From: an uncultured Sutterella sp.
GTDB lineage: Bacteria; Pseudomonadota; Gammaproteobacteria; Burkholderiales; Burkholderiaceae_F
NCBI GenBank assembly: GCA_905212345.1
Contig: CAJMEC010000004.1
Location: forward strand, 10,326 to 74,325
Direction of reading: 5' to 3'
Length of the DNA: 64,000 bases
The position numbers were made by a program, and so were the translations under genes. Positions within the stretch are counted from its first letter, which is position 1. Each line of letters begins with the position of its first letter. The notes below the pieces were generated by a model, which saw nothing but the letters and a program-made list of their open reading frames with translations, did not search any database and was not told the origin of the DNA. This document shows positions 31,838-41,089 of this stretch, piece after piece.

Positions 31838-32932
31838 ATGAACTACATTTGCACCTGTTGCGGCAAACGTACGCCGACGACCACCAAAGAACCCCGTTGC
31901 GAGTGCGGCGGTTTATTCGAACTCGATTTCACGCCGCCTAAGTGGGACGAATCTTTAATTGATAAGACCGAATGGAGTCAATTCCGTTATCGCCGCTTTA
32001 TGGCCCTGGAAGATGACGCTTGGAAGTCTGTGACAATGGGCGAGGGGATGACGCCTATTATCCGCTTTGACGATAACGTTATGCTCAAGATGGACTATTA
32101 CATGCCAACCTTATCGTTTAAAGACCGGGGAGCGGCGACTTTGGTTTCGCATATGAAGTCGATCGGTGTGACCGACTGCGTCCAAGATTCAAGCGGTAAT
32201 GCCGGTAATGCTGTTGCGGCCTACGCAGCACGCGCGGGAATCGGCTGTGAGATCTTCGTCAAAGAAGGAACGAGCCCCTCAAAAATCCGAATGATCAAAT
32301 CGCACGGAGCTAAAGTCACCGAAGTTGTCGGCAGTCGAGATCACTGCGCAGATGTCTGTCGGGCCAAAGTTCGTGATGAACATCTTTTCTATGCCAACCA
32401 CGTTTTCAATCCCTTCTTCTATGAGGGGATGAAAGCGTATATTTATGAAACATTCGAGCAGCTTGGACGAATCCCTGCCAATATCGTGGTTCCGGTTGGA
32501 AACGGCACGCTCTACATCGGTGTCGTTAAAGCTCTGGAACATTTGTTGGCTTCGGGTGTCATCGAAAAATTCCCACAAATAATCGCGCTTCAGAGTGAAA
32601 AATGTGATCCGCTTTTCAAGGCGGCTGAGATCAAGGCAAGCGACCCCATCGACGTTGAGGTGGCCGATACAATGGCCGAAGGTATCGCTATCGGTAAACC
32701 TTCGCGTGGGCGCGAACTATTGCAAATGGCCTATAAGCACAATATCCGCTTTGTCACTGCGCCTGAAGATAAAATACTCGAGGCCCGTGCCAAATTAGCT
32801 TCCCGTGGTATTTACTGTGAACACACGACTGCGGCTAATTACGCGGCTTATTTGCATTACTGTGAACAGTACGGGCCGACGCCTGACACGTTGATTACCA
32901 TGTGCGGGGCGGGTATTAAATCGGACCACTAA
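31838..32932 (+). CDS. Threonine synthase-family PLP-dependent enzyme with an N-terminal Cys-rich zinc ribbon
   Basis: N-terminal CTCCGKRTPTTTKEPRCECGG. PLP-lysine motif PTLSFKDRGA. Tryptophan-synthase-beta-fold glycine-rich loops (VPVGNGT). 364 aa. Lies 14 nt after the yheO-like gene. Confidence 0.65.
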   Translation: MNYICTCCGKRTPTTTKEPRCECGGLFELDFTPPKWDESLIDKTEWSQFRYRRFMALEDDAWKSVTMGEGMTPIIRFDDNVMLKMDYYMPTLSFKDRGAATLVSHMKSIGVTDCVQDSSGNAGNAVAAYAARAGIGCEIFVKEGTSPSKIRMIKSHGAKVTEVVGSRDHCADVCRAKVRDEHLFYANHVFNPFFYEGMKAYIYETFEQLGRIPANIVVPVGNGTLYIGVVKALEHLLASGVIEKFPQIIALQSEKCDPLFKAAEIKASDPIDVEVADTMAEGIAIGKPSRGRELLQMAYKHNIRFVTAPEDKILEARAKLASRGIYCEHTTAANYAAYLHYCEQYGPTPDTLITMCGAGIKSDH

Positions 32933-33141
32933 GAATTAGCTATCGCGCATTTTTGCTTTGCTAAAATAAGGCGAATTGCTTAAATGTGCATGCAAAAACC
33001 CGTGTGATTCTTTCCCCTTATTTTTAAGTGTCACGGGTTTTAATCTGTTTTTTAAATGGATTAGGTTTTGTACACAGAAAAACCAAAGAATGTATAAGGA
33101 GAGGGTGTATTGCCTGGACTCAGGTTTTATACCGACTGACT

Positions 33142-35148
33142 ATGAATCCGTTGATTTTCGGCGTATGGGACGGACGCTTTTACGACAACCGATCCACTTT
33201 TTCACCGGTGGCGCCCGATGATCTGCCTCTGGAACAGTTCTCGCAGTTTAATCCCGGCAACCCTATCATGACATTTGTCTGCGATCGGGGTTTCCTCGTG
33301 ATGGATCGACGGGCTAATTTAGCTTTTTCTCTTTGGCGCTACTACCAAAGAGCGGTTCGCGAAACTTGCGGTAAATGCACACCTTGCCGTGTTGGCGTTC
33401 TAGTTATCTCCGAAGCTCTTGAAAAAGCGGTTAAAGGTCTCGCCGCGGATGTCGATTGGGATTACCTTAAGTCCGTGGCCACACAGATGAAAGAAACGAG
33501 TCTGTGCGGTATTGGTCAAACAACACCGGCAGCTCTCTTAGGCGCGCTTGAATTTTGTCCCGAAGAATTGCTTCAGGCTCAACCCGTTGCCGAAAACGTT
33601 TATGACTACTACACCGTCATGAGCGCTCCTTGTATTGAGGCTTGTCCCGCTCACGTTGATGTCCCGCGCTACATTGATTACATCAAAGCCGGTGAACCGG
33701 AAATGAGTTCCGCGGTTTTGCTTCGCCATTATCCGTTGGTTGGCAGTTGCGGCCGCGTTTGCGTTCGCTATTGCGAAAAAGCTTGCCGACGTCAATATCT
33801 TGATAGCCCGGTGGATATTAAAAACTTAAAGCGTTATGCGGCTGACGCCACCGGTCCCATGGAAAATCTTTTTCATCAGGCCCGACGTGAAACCAATCCC
33901 ATGAGTCCAAAAGTGGCAGTGATCGGTGCAGGTCCCGCAGGCATCAATTGTGCTTATCACCTTTTACTCCAAGGCTATAAGGTAGACATCTTTGAGGCCA
34001 ACAGTCATGCGGGCGGCATGGCTCAGGTAGGTATTCCACAATACCGCCTGCCTAAAGGTTTGCTTGAAAGCGAAACCGATGTGATTGAAGAGTTGGGGGG
34101 ACGTTATTTCTACCATCAGCGTCTGGGTTATGACTTTTCGATCGCCGATCTCTTCAAGAGAGGCTATAACGCCATTTTCCTCGGCGTCGGTTGCTCTAAG
34201 GGCATGTATCTTGGTCTTGAGAGCGAAGATACGAGCTTAAAGGGATACTTTAACGGCATTGATTTCCTGCAAAAAGTTGAACGAGCGGTGACTGGTAATA
34301 AACCCTTTAAATTGAACGGTGACGTTGTTGTGGTGGGTGGCGGCAACGTTGCCATGGACTGCGCACGCTCTGCGGCTCGCCTTACCGACGGTAAAGTTCA
34401 CGTCGTTTACCGTCGCACCGAAGAGGGAATGCCAGCTGACCACGAGGAAGTGGTTGCCGCTAAAGAAGAGGGGATTGTGTTCCACTTCCTATCAGTTCAA
34501 AAAGAGATATTGAACGAAGAGGGAAAAGTTACCGGCTTGAAGATCGCCAAGATGCGTGAAGAAAAGGTTCCGGGTTCAAAGCGCGGCAAACTCATTGAAA
34601 TCGAAGGAACAGATACAGTTTTGCCGTGTACCAATCTAATTGCGGCCATCGGTCAGCGCCTTGACCAAGAAGTTTTATGCGATGACGACGGCATTATGTT
34701 TGATAAGCGGGGCAATATTTCTGTTTCTGAGGCGCTGGCCACGACTCGTCCAGGCGTATTTGCGGGCGGAGACGCCGCAACCGGTCCCACGACTTTGATT
34801 GATGGTCTGGCGCAAGGTCAAATCGCCGCTCAATCAATCAATGAATACTTAACCCGGGGCTCGGTTGGTTTTGTCGCCCGTCGTCGCATGGGTGAATTGA
34901 TCAAGAAGGGAGATCTGATGAAAGAAAAGGATCCTCGGATCGACTTGTGCAAAGCCCCACGTCACAAACTTTCGACTTTAAGTGCCGAGGACCGTAAGGG
35001 CAACTTTGAAGAAGTGGACCTTCCGATGACGGAAAACGAAGCCATCGAAGAAGCCAATCGCTGCATGCGTTGCTACCGTATTTATGGTGTGGTGACACAG
35101 TTGCCGATTCCGGGTAACGTCACCCATATTCAAAACCAAGCGGTTTAA
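33142..35148 (+). CDS. GltD-like (glutamate synthase small-subunit family) NAD(P)H oxidoreductase with an N-terminal NuoF-like [4Fe-4S] fragment; partner of the [FeFe]-hydrogenase
   Basis: NuoF-type cluster motif ETCGKCTPCRVG. GltD N-terminal Fe-S cysteines (CIEACPAH...GSCGRVCVRYCEKAC). FAD and NAD(P) dinucleotide folds (VAVIGAGPAGI; VVVVGGGNVAMDCA). Ends 10 nt before hydA, which has an AAGGAG RBS. Start is uncertain: the ORF opens at 33028, but the first ATG is 33142. Confidence 0.75.
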   Translation: MNPLIFGVWDGRFYDNRSTFSPVAPDDLPLEQFSQFNPGNPIMTFVCDRGFLVMDRRANLAFSLWRYYQRAVRETCGKCTPCRVGVLVISEALEKAVKGLAADVDWDYLKSVATQMKETSLCGIGQTTPAALLGALEFCPEELLQAQPVAENVYDYYTVMSAPCIEACPAHVDVPRYIDYIKAGEPEMSSAVLLRHYPLVGSCGRVCVRYCEKACRRQYLDSPVDIKNLKRYAADATGPMENLFHQARRETNPMSPKVAVIGAGPAGINCAYHLLLQGYKVDIFEANSHAGGMAQVGIPQYRLPKGLLESETDVIEELGGRYFYHQRLGYDFSIADLFKRGYNAIFLGVGCSKGMYLGLESEDTSLKGYFNGIDFLQKVERAVTGNKPFKLNGDVVVVGGGNVAMDCARSAARLTDGKVHVVYRRTEEGMPADHEEVVAAKEEGIVFHFLSVQKEILNEEGKVTGLKIAKMREEKVPGSKRGKLIEIEGTDTVLPCTNLIAAIGQRLDQEVLCDDDGIMFDKRGNISVSEALATTRPGVFAGGDAATGPTTLIDGLAQGQIAAQSINEYLTRGSVGFVARRRMGELIKKGDLMKEKDPRIDLCKAPRHKLSTLSAEDRKGNFEEVDLPMTENEAIEEANRCMRCYRIYGVVTQLPIPGNVTHIQNQAV

Positions 35149-35158
35149 GGAGTCAGAT

Positions 35159-37003
35159 ATGGAAAATTTTGCTTGGTTTAACAGTCAAAAAGTGGCTTTC
35201 ACCGAAGGTCAGACCATATTGCAGGTGGCTAAGCAGGCCGATATTTTCATCCCGACACTTTGTGCGTTCATGCCTTTAAACCATACACCCGGTACGTGCC
35301 GTATGTGTTTGGTTGAAGTGTTTGATGAAGGCGATGAAGTCGGCCGAGTGGTGACAGCTTGCACGACACCGATCAAACAAGGACAAAGGATTTTTACGCG
35401 CAACGAACGTGTGCGCAAAATGCAACAGTTGCAAATGCAGCTTCTCTTTGCCGACCATGATCAAGACTGTAAGAGCTGCTCAAGACACGGCAACTGTGAA
35501 TTGCAGGACGTGGCCCTTTTTATTGGCATGCCAAACACGCCGAATCATTCAAACTATATTGCCAAACGCCCCTATGATGACTCTTCAATGGGCATCATCC
35601 GTGATGTCAATAAGTGTATCCGTTGCGGCCGCTGTGTAGAAGTGTGCCGGCAAGTGCAGGGAATTGGCGCCTTAACCATTGACAATTTTGGAACGATGGC
35701 CGGTGTGGCAATGACGGGGGCTAAACGTTGGGCCGATTCGACCAAATGTGTTCAATGCGGTCAATGTACGCTCGTTTGCCCAACCGGGGCTTTGAGTGAA
35801 AAAGACGAAACAGACCGCGTGCTTAATATGATCGATGATCTAGAGACGGTCACGATCGTTCAAATGGCGCCGGCTGTTCGTGTGACGCTTGGCGAAGAAT
35901 TCGGTCTGCCGCCCGGTGAAAATGTCGAAGAATTGATTGTCTACGCGCTCAAGCATATCGGTGTTGACTATGTCATGGACACCAATTTTGCGGCAGACGT
36001 TGTCATCATGGAAGAGGGGACTGAGTTGCTTGAACGCCTAAAGGCTAGAAAGGCCAACAAGGATGTCGCTCTGCCGATGTTTACGTCTTGCTGCCCAGGT
36101 TGGATCAATTATGTTGAAAAACACGCTCCGATGGTTATGGAGTACCTGTCGACCACACGTTCTCCTCAGGCCGTTTTCGGCGCGCTGGCTAAAGCCCTGC
36201 TGCCTCAACGGCTCAACATTTCCCGAGAAAAGCTGCGTGTAATTTCCATCATGCCGTGTACGGCAAAGAAGGGCGAGGCACAACGTCCGACTTTAGCCCG
36301 GGAAGAAGGGCTTGACGTGGATGCTGTTTTAACTGTTCGTGAATTGGCAAAGCTTTTGCGCCGTTGCGGTATGCACTTAAAGAATTGCAAACCCATGAAG
36401 CATGACCAAAGCCTCTTCACGGAATACTCCGGAGCCGGCGCCATTTTCGGAACAACCGGTGGGGTGATGGAAGCGGCAGTTAGAACCGTTTATGCTTTAA
36501 CGCACAACGGCGAAACCTTAGATCCGATTGTCTTTGAACCTGCCCGCGGCTTAGATGGCGTAAAAGACGCCGAAGTGGATTTGGGTGAGTTGGGTAAAGT
36601 TAGGATCGCCATCGTTCATGGACTGGCCAGAACCCAAGCGCTGCTTGATAAGATGAGCGCTGGTGATGTTATTTACGACTTTGTCGAAGTGATGGCGTGC
36701 CCCGGTGGTTGTATCGCTGGCGGCGGCACTCCGCGCAAAAAGAACAACTATCAGCTCAATACGCAGGAGCGTCAAAAGGGAATTTACCGCATTGACGATA
36801 AGGCCAGTGTTCGTGAATCGCACAAGAACCCTGAAATTGTTGCACTGTATCATGAATCGTTAGGTGAACCGGGTTCTCATCTGGCCCATGAACTATTGCA
36901 TTGCGAATATCGTTCAAAGAAGAGCGAAAAACCGGCTTCGGATATTCGCAAGCTCTGGCAAGTGTTAAGTTCACGTTATACGGAAACAGCTAAAAAGCGT
37001 TAA
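35159..37003 (+). CDS. hydA: [FeFe]-hydrogenase catalytic subunit
   Basis: N-terminal 2Fe-2S ferredoxin-like domain (CAFMPLNHTPGTCRMC). Two bacterial ferredoxin 4Fe-4S motifs (CIRCGRCVEVC; CVQCGQCTLVCP). H-cluster signatures L1 FTSCCPGW, L2 MPCTAKK and L3 EVMACPGGCIAGGG. Confidence 0.9.
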   Translation: MENFAWFNSQKVAFTEGQTILQVAKQADIFIPTLCAFMPLNHTPGTCRMCLVEVFDEGDEVGRVVTACTTPIKQGQRIFTRNERVRKMQQLQMQLLFADHDQDCKSCSRHGNCELQDVALFIGMPNTPNHSNYIAKRPYDDSSMGIIRDVNKCIRCGRCVEVCRQVQGIGALTIDNFGTMAGVAMTGAKRWADSTKCVQCGQCTLVCPTGALSEKDETDRVLNMIDDLETVTIVQMAPAVRVTLGEEFGLPPGENVEELIVYALKHIGVDYVMDTNFAADVVIMEEGTELLERLKARKANKDVALPMFTSCCPGWINYVEKHAPMVMEYLSTTRSPQAVFGALAKALLPQRLNISREKLRVISIMPCTAKKGEAQRPTLAREEGLDVDAVLTVRELAKLLRRCGMHLKNCKPMKHDQSLFTEYSGAGAIFGTTGGVMEAAVRTVYALTHNGETLDPIVFEPARGLDGVKDAEVDLGELGKVRIAIVHGLARTQALLDKMSAGDVIYDFVEVMACPGGCIAGGGTPRKKNNYQLNTQERQKGIYRIDDKASVRESHKNPEIVALYHESLGEPGSHLAHELLHCEYRSKKSEKPASDIRKLWQVLSSRYTETAKKR

Positions 37004-37007
37004 AATC

Positions 37008-37215
37008 ACCACCGAGTCTCAGGGCGGGGTGAAATTCCCCACCGGTGGTTAAAGTCCACGAGCGCGGGACGGGCTTAAAGCGTCCGTCCCGGTCAGCAGA
37101 ATCGGCGCAATTCCGATACCGACGGTTAAAGTCCGGAAGAAAGAGCAATAGCTTTCCTCACGGAGGATATGAAGCCTTCATATCCTCTTTCTCCCTGATG
37201 CGAATTTTGAATTTC
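37008..37215 (+). ncRNA. FMN riboswitch (RFN element) with terminator-type expression platform, leader of ribB
   Basis: Conserved aptamer cores TCTCAGGGCGGGGTGAAATTCCCCACCGGTGGTTAAAGTCCACGAGCG and GCAGAATCGGCGCAATTCCGATACCGACGGTTAAAGTCCGGAAGAAAGAG. Downstream hairpin gaggatatga-agcct-tcatatcctc followed by TTTCTCC. Then the ribB RBS and ATG. Confidence 0.85.
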
Positions 37216-37237
37216 TTCTCAATGAAAGGATACTTTT

Positions 37238-37891
37238 ATGCATCAGTCTGAAAACCTTCTGGCGCAATATGGCGTTGACAGCTACATGCGTGTTAAGCGT
37301 GCGATTGCTGATCTGCGTGCCGGGCGCGGAGTCATGGTTGTCGATGACGAAAACCGTGAAAATGAAGGGGATTTGATTTTATCAACCGATTTTCTGACCG
37401 TTGAGCAAATGGCTTTAATGATCCGAGCTTGCTCGGGGATTGTCTGCGTTTGCCTGCGTGATGAAGACTGTAAGCGCTTAGAGCTTCCTCAAATGGTTGA
37501 AAATAACACCAATACCCAGGGAACCGCCTTCTGCGTTTCCATTGAAGCTGCCCAGGGTTGCACCACAGGCGTAAGCGCCAAAGATCGTGTCACTACGATT
37601 AAAGCGGCCGCCAATCCCAATGGCAAACCTGAAGATCTGTTGCGTCCGGGTCATGTTTATCCGCTTCGCGCTCGTCCCAATGGAGTGCTTGAGCGCCGAG
37701 GTCATACGGAAGCAACGGTTGATCTCATGCGGATTGCAGGACTTAATCCTGCCGGCGTCCTTTGCGAATTAATGAACCCCGATGGAACAATGGCTAAGTT
37801 GCCTCAAGTCTGTGAATTCGCTAATTTGCACGGCTTATGCGTGATTACCGTAGAAGATTTGGTGCGTTACAGACAAGCTTTTAACTGCTAA
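37238..37891 (+). CDS. ribB: 3,4-dihydroxy-2-butanone 4-phosphate synthase
   Basis: 217 aa. [16 protein letters not shown] and [10 protein letters not shown] motifs. Controlled by the upstream FMN riboswitch, as is typical. Confidence 0.9.
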   Translation: MHQSENLLAQYGVDSYMRVKRAIADLRAGRGVMVVDDENRENEGDLILSTDFLTVEQMALMIRACSGIVCVCLRDEDCKRLELPQMVENNTNTQGTAFCVSIEAAQGCTTGVSAKDRVTTIKAAANPNGKPEDLLRPGHVYPLRARPNGVLERRGHTEATVDLMRIAGLNPAGVLCELMNPDGTMAKLPQVCEFANLHGLCVITVEDLVRYRQAFNC

Positions 37892-38049
37892 GCGGTTTGA
37901 ATTTAGCTGTCTTTAAAGTCCGGGAACTCACTCTCGGACTTTTTTAACTCGTAAACTAAGCGATAGTACTCATAGATAGAGATAATGAGTATTCACAATA
38001 TCTGAAGCTTACGGGATAATAAAAGGATAACTTTCTATGGAGTGAACAT

Positions 38050-38853
38050 ATGAAACGTCGATCCCTCATTTCGTTGTGCCTTTGCGCGATCGCTGCCGGT
38101 GGTTTGTTGACAGCATGCTCCGATAAAGCAGTCGAAAACGGTGTTCTGAAAGTCGGTGCTTCTCCGGTGCCGCACGCCGATATTTTGAAAGCCGCCCAGC
38201 CGATGCTTGCCAAAGAGGGCGTAAAGCTTGAAGTCATTGAATTTACCGATTATGTTCAGCCCAATATGGCTCTGGCTGATAAAGAGTTAGACGCGAACTT
38301 CTTCCAACACAAACCCTATCTGGATAATTTTGCCAAGGAAAGAAAGCTTCAGCTTGAATCGTTGGTGGCCGTTCATATTGAACCGATGGGCGTTTACTCC
38401 AAGAAAGTGAAAGATATTAAAGAAGTGGCCGAAGCAGCTAAGGTGGCCATTCCGAATGACCCGACTAACGGCGGTCGTGCTTTGAAGATTTTGGCTGACG
38501 CCAGTTTCTTTACCTTAAAAGAAGGTGTTGGCGTCAACGGAACGCCCGCTGACATCGTTGATAATCCGAAGAAGATTCAAATTGTAGAAATGGAAGCTGC
38601 GGTGTTGCCGCGCGCATTAGACGATGTTGATTTTGCTGTTATTAATTCCAACTATGCTTTGGGCGTCAACCTCAATCCGATGAAGGACGCTCTTTTTATG
38701 GAAAGCAAGGATTCTCCCTACGCCAACATTGTCGCCATTCGTTTCGGTGACAAGCGGGAAGAATTGCAAAAGCTTGCTAAGGCTTTGACTTCTCCTGAAA
38801 TGCGCAAGTTTATTGAAGAGAAATATCAGGGCGCAGTCGTTCCGGCCTTCTAA
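38050..38853 (+). CDS. metQ: MetQ/NlpA-family lipoprotein (methionine ABC transporter substrate-binding protein-like)
   Basis: Lipobox LLTAC. 267 aa, collinear with the NlpA/MetQ family (...GASPVPHADIL...NDPTNGGRAL...). No adjacent metN/metI in the window. Confidence 0.75.
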   Translation: MKRRSLISLCLCAIAAGGLLTACSDKAVENGVLKVGASPVPHADILKAAQPMLAKEGVKLEVIEFTDYVQPNMALADKELDANFFQHKPYLDNFAKERKLQLESLVAVHIEPMGVYSKKVKDIKEVAEAAKVAIPNDPTNGGRALKILADASFFTLKEGVGVNGTPADIVDNPKKIQIVEMEAAVLPRALDDVDFAVINSNYALGVNLNPMKDALFMESKDSPYANIVAIRFGDKREELQKLAKALTSPEMRKFIEEKYQGAVVPAF

Positions 38854-38873
38854 ATCTGAGGAACACTATATGC

Positions 38874-38904
38874 AAAAAATCCGGCGCATGGCCGGATTTT
38901 TTGT
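38874..38904. terminator. Bidirectional intrinsic terminator (metQ / AKR, convergent)
   Basis: AAAAAAT-ccggc-gcatg-gccgg-ATTTTTTG. Confidence 0.65.
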
Positions 38905-38914
38905 TTGAGGAGAG

Positions 38915-39766
38915 TTAAAAACTTACGTGATCGGGTTCTAGCCCGGAAAAGCCCATGAGCGGCATACTGTCCAATGCGGCAGTATCCTCAGCCGTTAAAT
39001 CAAAGTCAAAACTGTTGAGATTTTCTTTTTGATGTTCTTCTGTTAACGCTCTTGTAACCGGAATCACATCATGATGACGGCACCAGCGCAGAATCAACTG
39101 GGCTACGGACCGGTTATAGTGGCTTGCCACCTCTTTAATGATCGGTTCATCCAAAAGCGTCCCGTGACCCAGGGGCGACCAAGCCTGCACAGTAATACCG
39201 TTTTTCTTACAAAACGCCACGGTGGGTTTTTGAATGTAACCCGGATGGAATTCCAGTTGGTTAATGGCAGGCTTGACATTGGCTCTGGCTAAAAAACTCA
39301 CCAAATGATGCATTTGAAAGTTTGATAAGCCTATTGTCTTCACCAAACCTTCCTCATAGAGCTTTTCAAAAGCACGCCACGTGCCGATATTGACACTTTG
39401 CCATGCGAGCGGATCACCCTTGGTGTAGGGCCAATGGATTAAATAACAGTCAAGATAATCAAGCTTGAGATTTCTGAGAGATTCTTCAAAGGCTCTCATG
39501 ACGGAGTCGTAGGTGCGGTTTGCCGCCCAACACTTCGAAGAAATGAAAAATTCTGACCGTTTTACTCCGCTAATTTTTAACGCCTGTCCTACGGAAGATT
39601 CGTTCTCATAAATCGCGGCCGTGTCTATATAGCGATAGCCCAAACGGATTGCACTTAAAATGGAGTCCACCAAGGCTTCAGAATCGGGGATTTGCCAGGT
39701 TCCAAGCCCAATGCAAGGAATTTTCACTCCATTATCGAGTTTAACCTTCTCAAGTTTAGTCCTCAT
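38915..39766 (-). CDS. Aldo/keto reductase (2,5-diketo-D-gluconate reductase-like AKR)
   Basis: 283 aa. GLGTW, IDTAAIYENE, ...HWP... and the C-terminal IPKS-like region, the AKR catalytic tetrad context. Confidence 0.85.
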   Translation of the reverse strand: MRTKLEKVKLDNGVKIPCIGLGTWQIPDSEALVDSILSAIRLGYRYIDTAAIYENESSVGQALKISGVKRSEFFISSKCWAANRTYDSVMRAFEESLRNLKLDYLDCYLIHWPYTKGDPLAWQSVNIGTWRAFEKLYEEGLVKTIGLSNFQMHHLVSFLARANVKPAINQLEFHPGYIQKPTVAFCKKNGITVQAWSPLGHGTLLDEPIIKEVASHYNRSVAQLILRWCRHHDVIPVTRALTEEHQKENLNSFDFDLTAEDTAALDSMPLMGFSGLEPDHVSF

Positions 39767-39924
39767 CTTATCCCCCGAATATCTACCGATTTGATTTTAG
39801 TGGCGTTTTAAAAAATGCTTTTGCCTTAGGCCAAATGCACAGGAATCTGATTAAAAAAAATGCCAAAGTATTGGATTTTGTCAAATTAATCTAGAATAAG
39901 GGGGTTGCAAAACTCAGAATTGTC

Positions 39925-40851
39925 ATGACCCAAGATTTCGATTTCTTTCTGTTATTGTCCGCATTAGTGCTTATTTTGGTCATTTGGTTAATGACGCGTG
40001 CTATAAAGAGCCCTGCTAAAGAAAAGAAGTCTTTATCTTCTGAAACTAAAGTAGTCCCTTCAAACAACACGCGACGAGTTGAGCGTTTTACTTCAAGGTT
40101 AAAAGAGTCTTCTGACTCTCATCGTGAAAAAGAGGCAACAGAGCCTCCTAAGATTACGACGCTTTACTTCACAACCCAAAACGATCAACCGTTTGCTGTT
40201 ATTCGATTAAGCACGATTGGAGCGCAAGCTTGGGGAAATGAAACAATTGAGCTCTCTGGCACCCTTACCCGTTTCATTGACCGCTTCCTTATGAGAAGTG
40301 AGGGGGAAGCCTTATTAATTCACCTTGTCTCACCCTTACCTTCAGATACGCCTTTGTATGCGCAGGCATATCGTGAAGACGGGGAGTGTGTTGCAAAATC
40401 ACATCCGGTCGGTCTGACGCCAAATGACTTTCCCCATCATATGGATATTAAGCGTGATTCATTAAACGCTTGGATACGTCAGTCACTCATTACGGCTTAT
40501 CACACGATCTTTTTTACCCTGTCTGCTTCCGAGATGGCGTTTTTGCTTCGAGCTGAAAAAAGCGCAAAGATCGGTCACTCAGAGCTAGAAGTTTCAAATT
40601 CATTTTTCCAAGCGATGGCCTTACTTTTTCTTTTTCGTATTCATGTTGAGTCTGACGAAACCCTTCGTTCTGGCTTATTAAATCAGTATTTCGATTTCAT
40701 TAAATCAAACCATCTTTTGCACTCAACGCAGCTGGAGTCTTTTGAACGTCTTGTCATTTCACAAATATTTGTCCAAACGCAAAAGTTGCCGTTTTTGCTT
40801 ATTCAGACCACTAAAGATTGTGGCAAATGTTATAAGGCCCTGAATTATTAG
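39925..40851 (+). CDS. Hypothetical membrane-anchored protein
   Basis: 308 aa. Single N-terminal TM (FFLLLSALVLILVIWLM) followed by a charged low-complexity linker and a roughly 220-aa domain with no motif I recognise. Confidence 0.4.
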   Translation: MTQDFDFFLLLSALVLILVIWLMTRAIKSPAKEKKSLSSETKVVPSNNTRRVERFTSRLKESSDSHREKEATEPPKITTLYFTTQNDQPFAVIRLSTIGAQAWGNETIELSGTLTRFIDRFLMRSEGEALLIHLVSPLPSDTPLYAQAYREDGECVAKSHPVGLTPNDFPHHMDIKRDSLNAWIRQSLITAYHTIFFTLSASEMAFLLRAEKSAKIGHSELEVSNSFFQAMALLFLFRIHVESDETLRSGLLNQYFDFIKSNHLLHSTQLESFERLVISQIFVQTQKLPFLLIQTTKDCGKCYKALNY

Positions 40852-41089
40852 GATAAATCAAAGATTTAACCCCGTCTTTACAAAAAGCCTTACGTATAAA
40901 TCCCAAAGTAATTAGGGTTTCTACCTACTTTCGGTTTTTACAATTTGATACTACATTGAATCCAAGAGATTGAAACCCAAAACGTTTCGGCTCGTTTAAT
41001 ACCGTGTGCAGAGTTGTGTTTCTGCGTTGTTACGGCGCTCAAAAACGACCGCTCGCGATAATAAATATAAATTTGGAAAGGAGAATGCA

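Noticed and set aside
37045-37251. 68-aa ORF between hydA and ribB
   Set aside because: It lies entirely within the FMN riboswitch aptamer and expression platform. The riboswitch explains the sequence conservation.
40930-41060. Possible structured leader upstream of the DAACS transporter
   Set aside because: Some partial complementarity (cgtttcggctcg / cgagcggtcgttt), but there is no recognisable riboswitch consensus.
41006-41089. Upstream extension of the DAACS transporter ORF (GTG 41006)
   Set aside because: No RBS there. A perfect AAGGAG-N6-ATG exists at 41090 where the hydrophobic transporter sequence begins.
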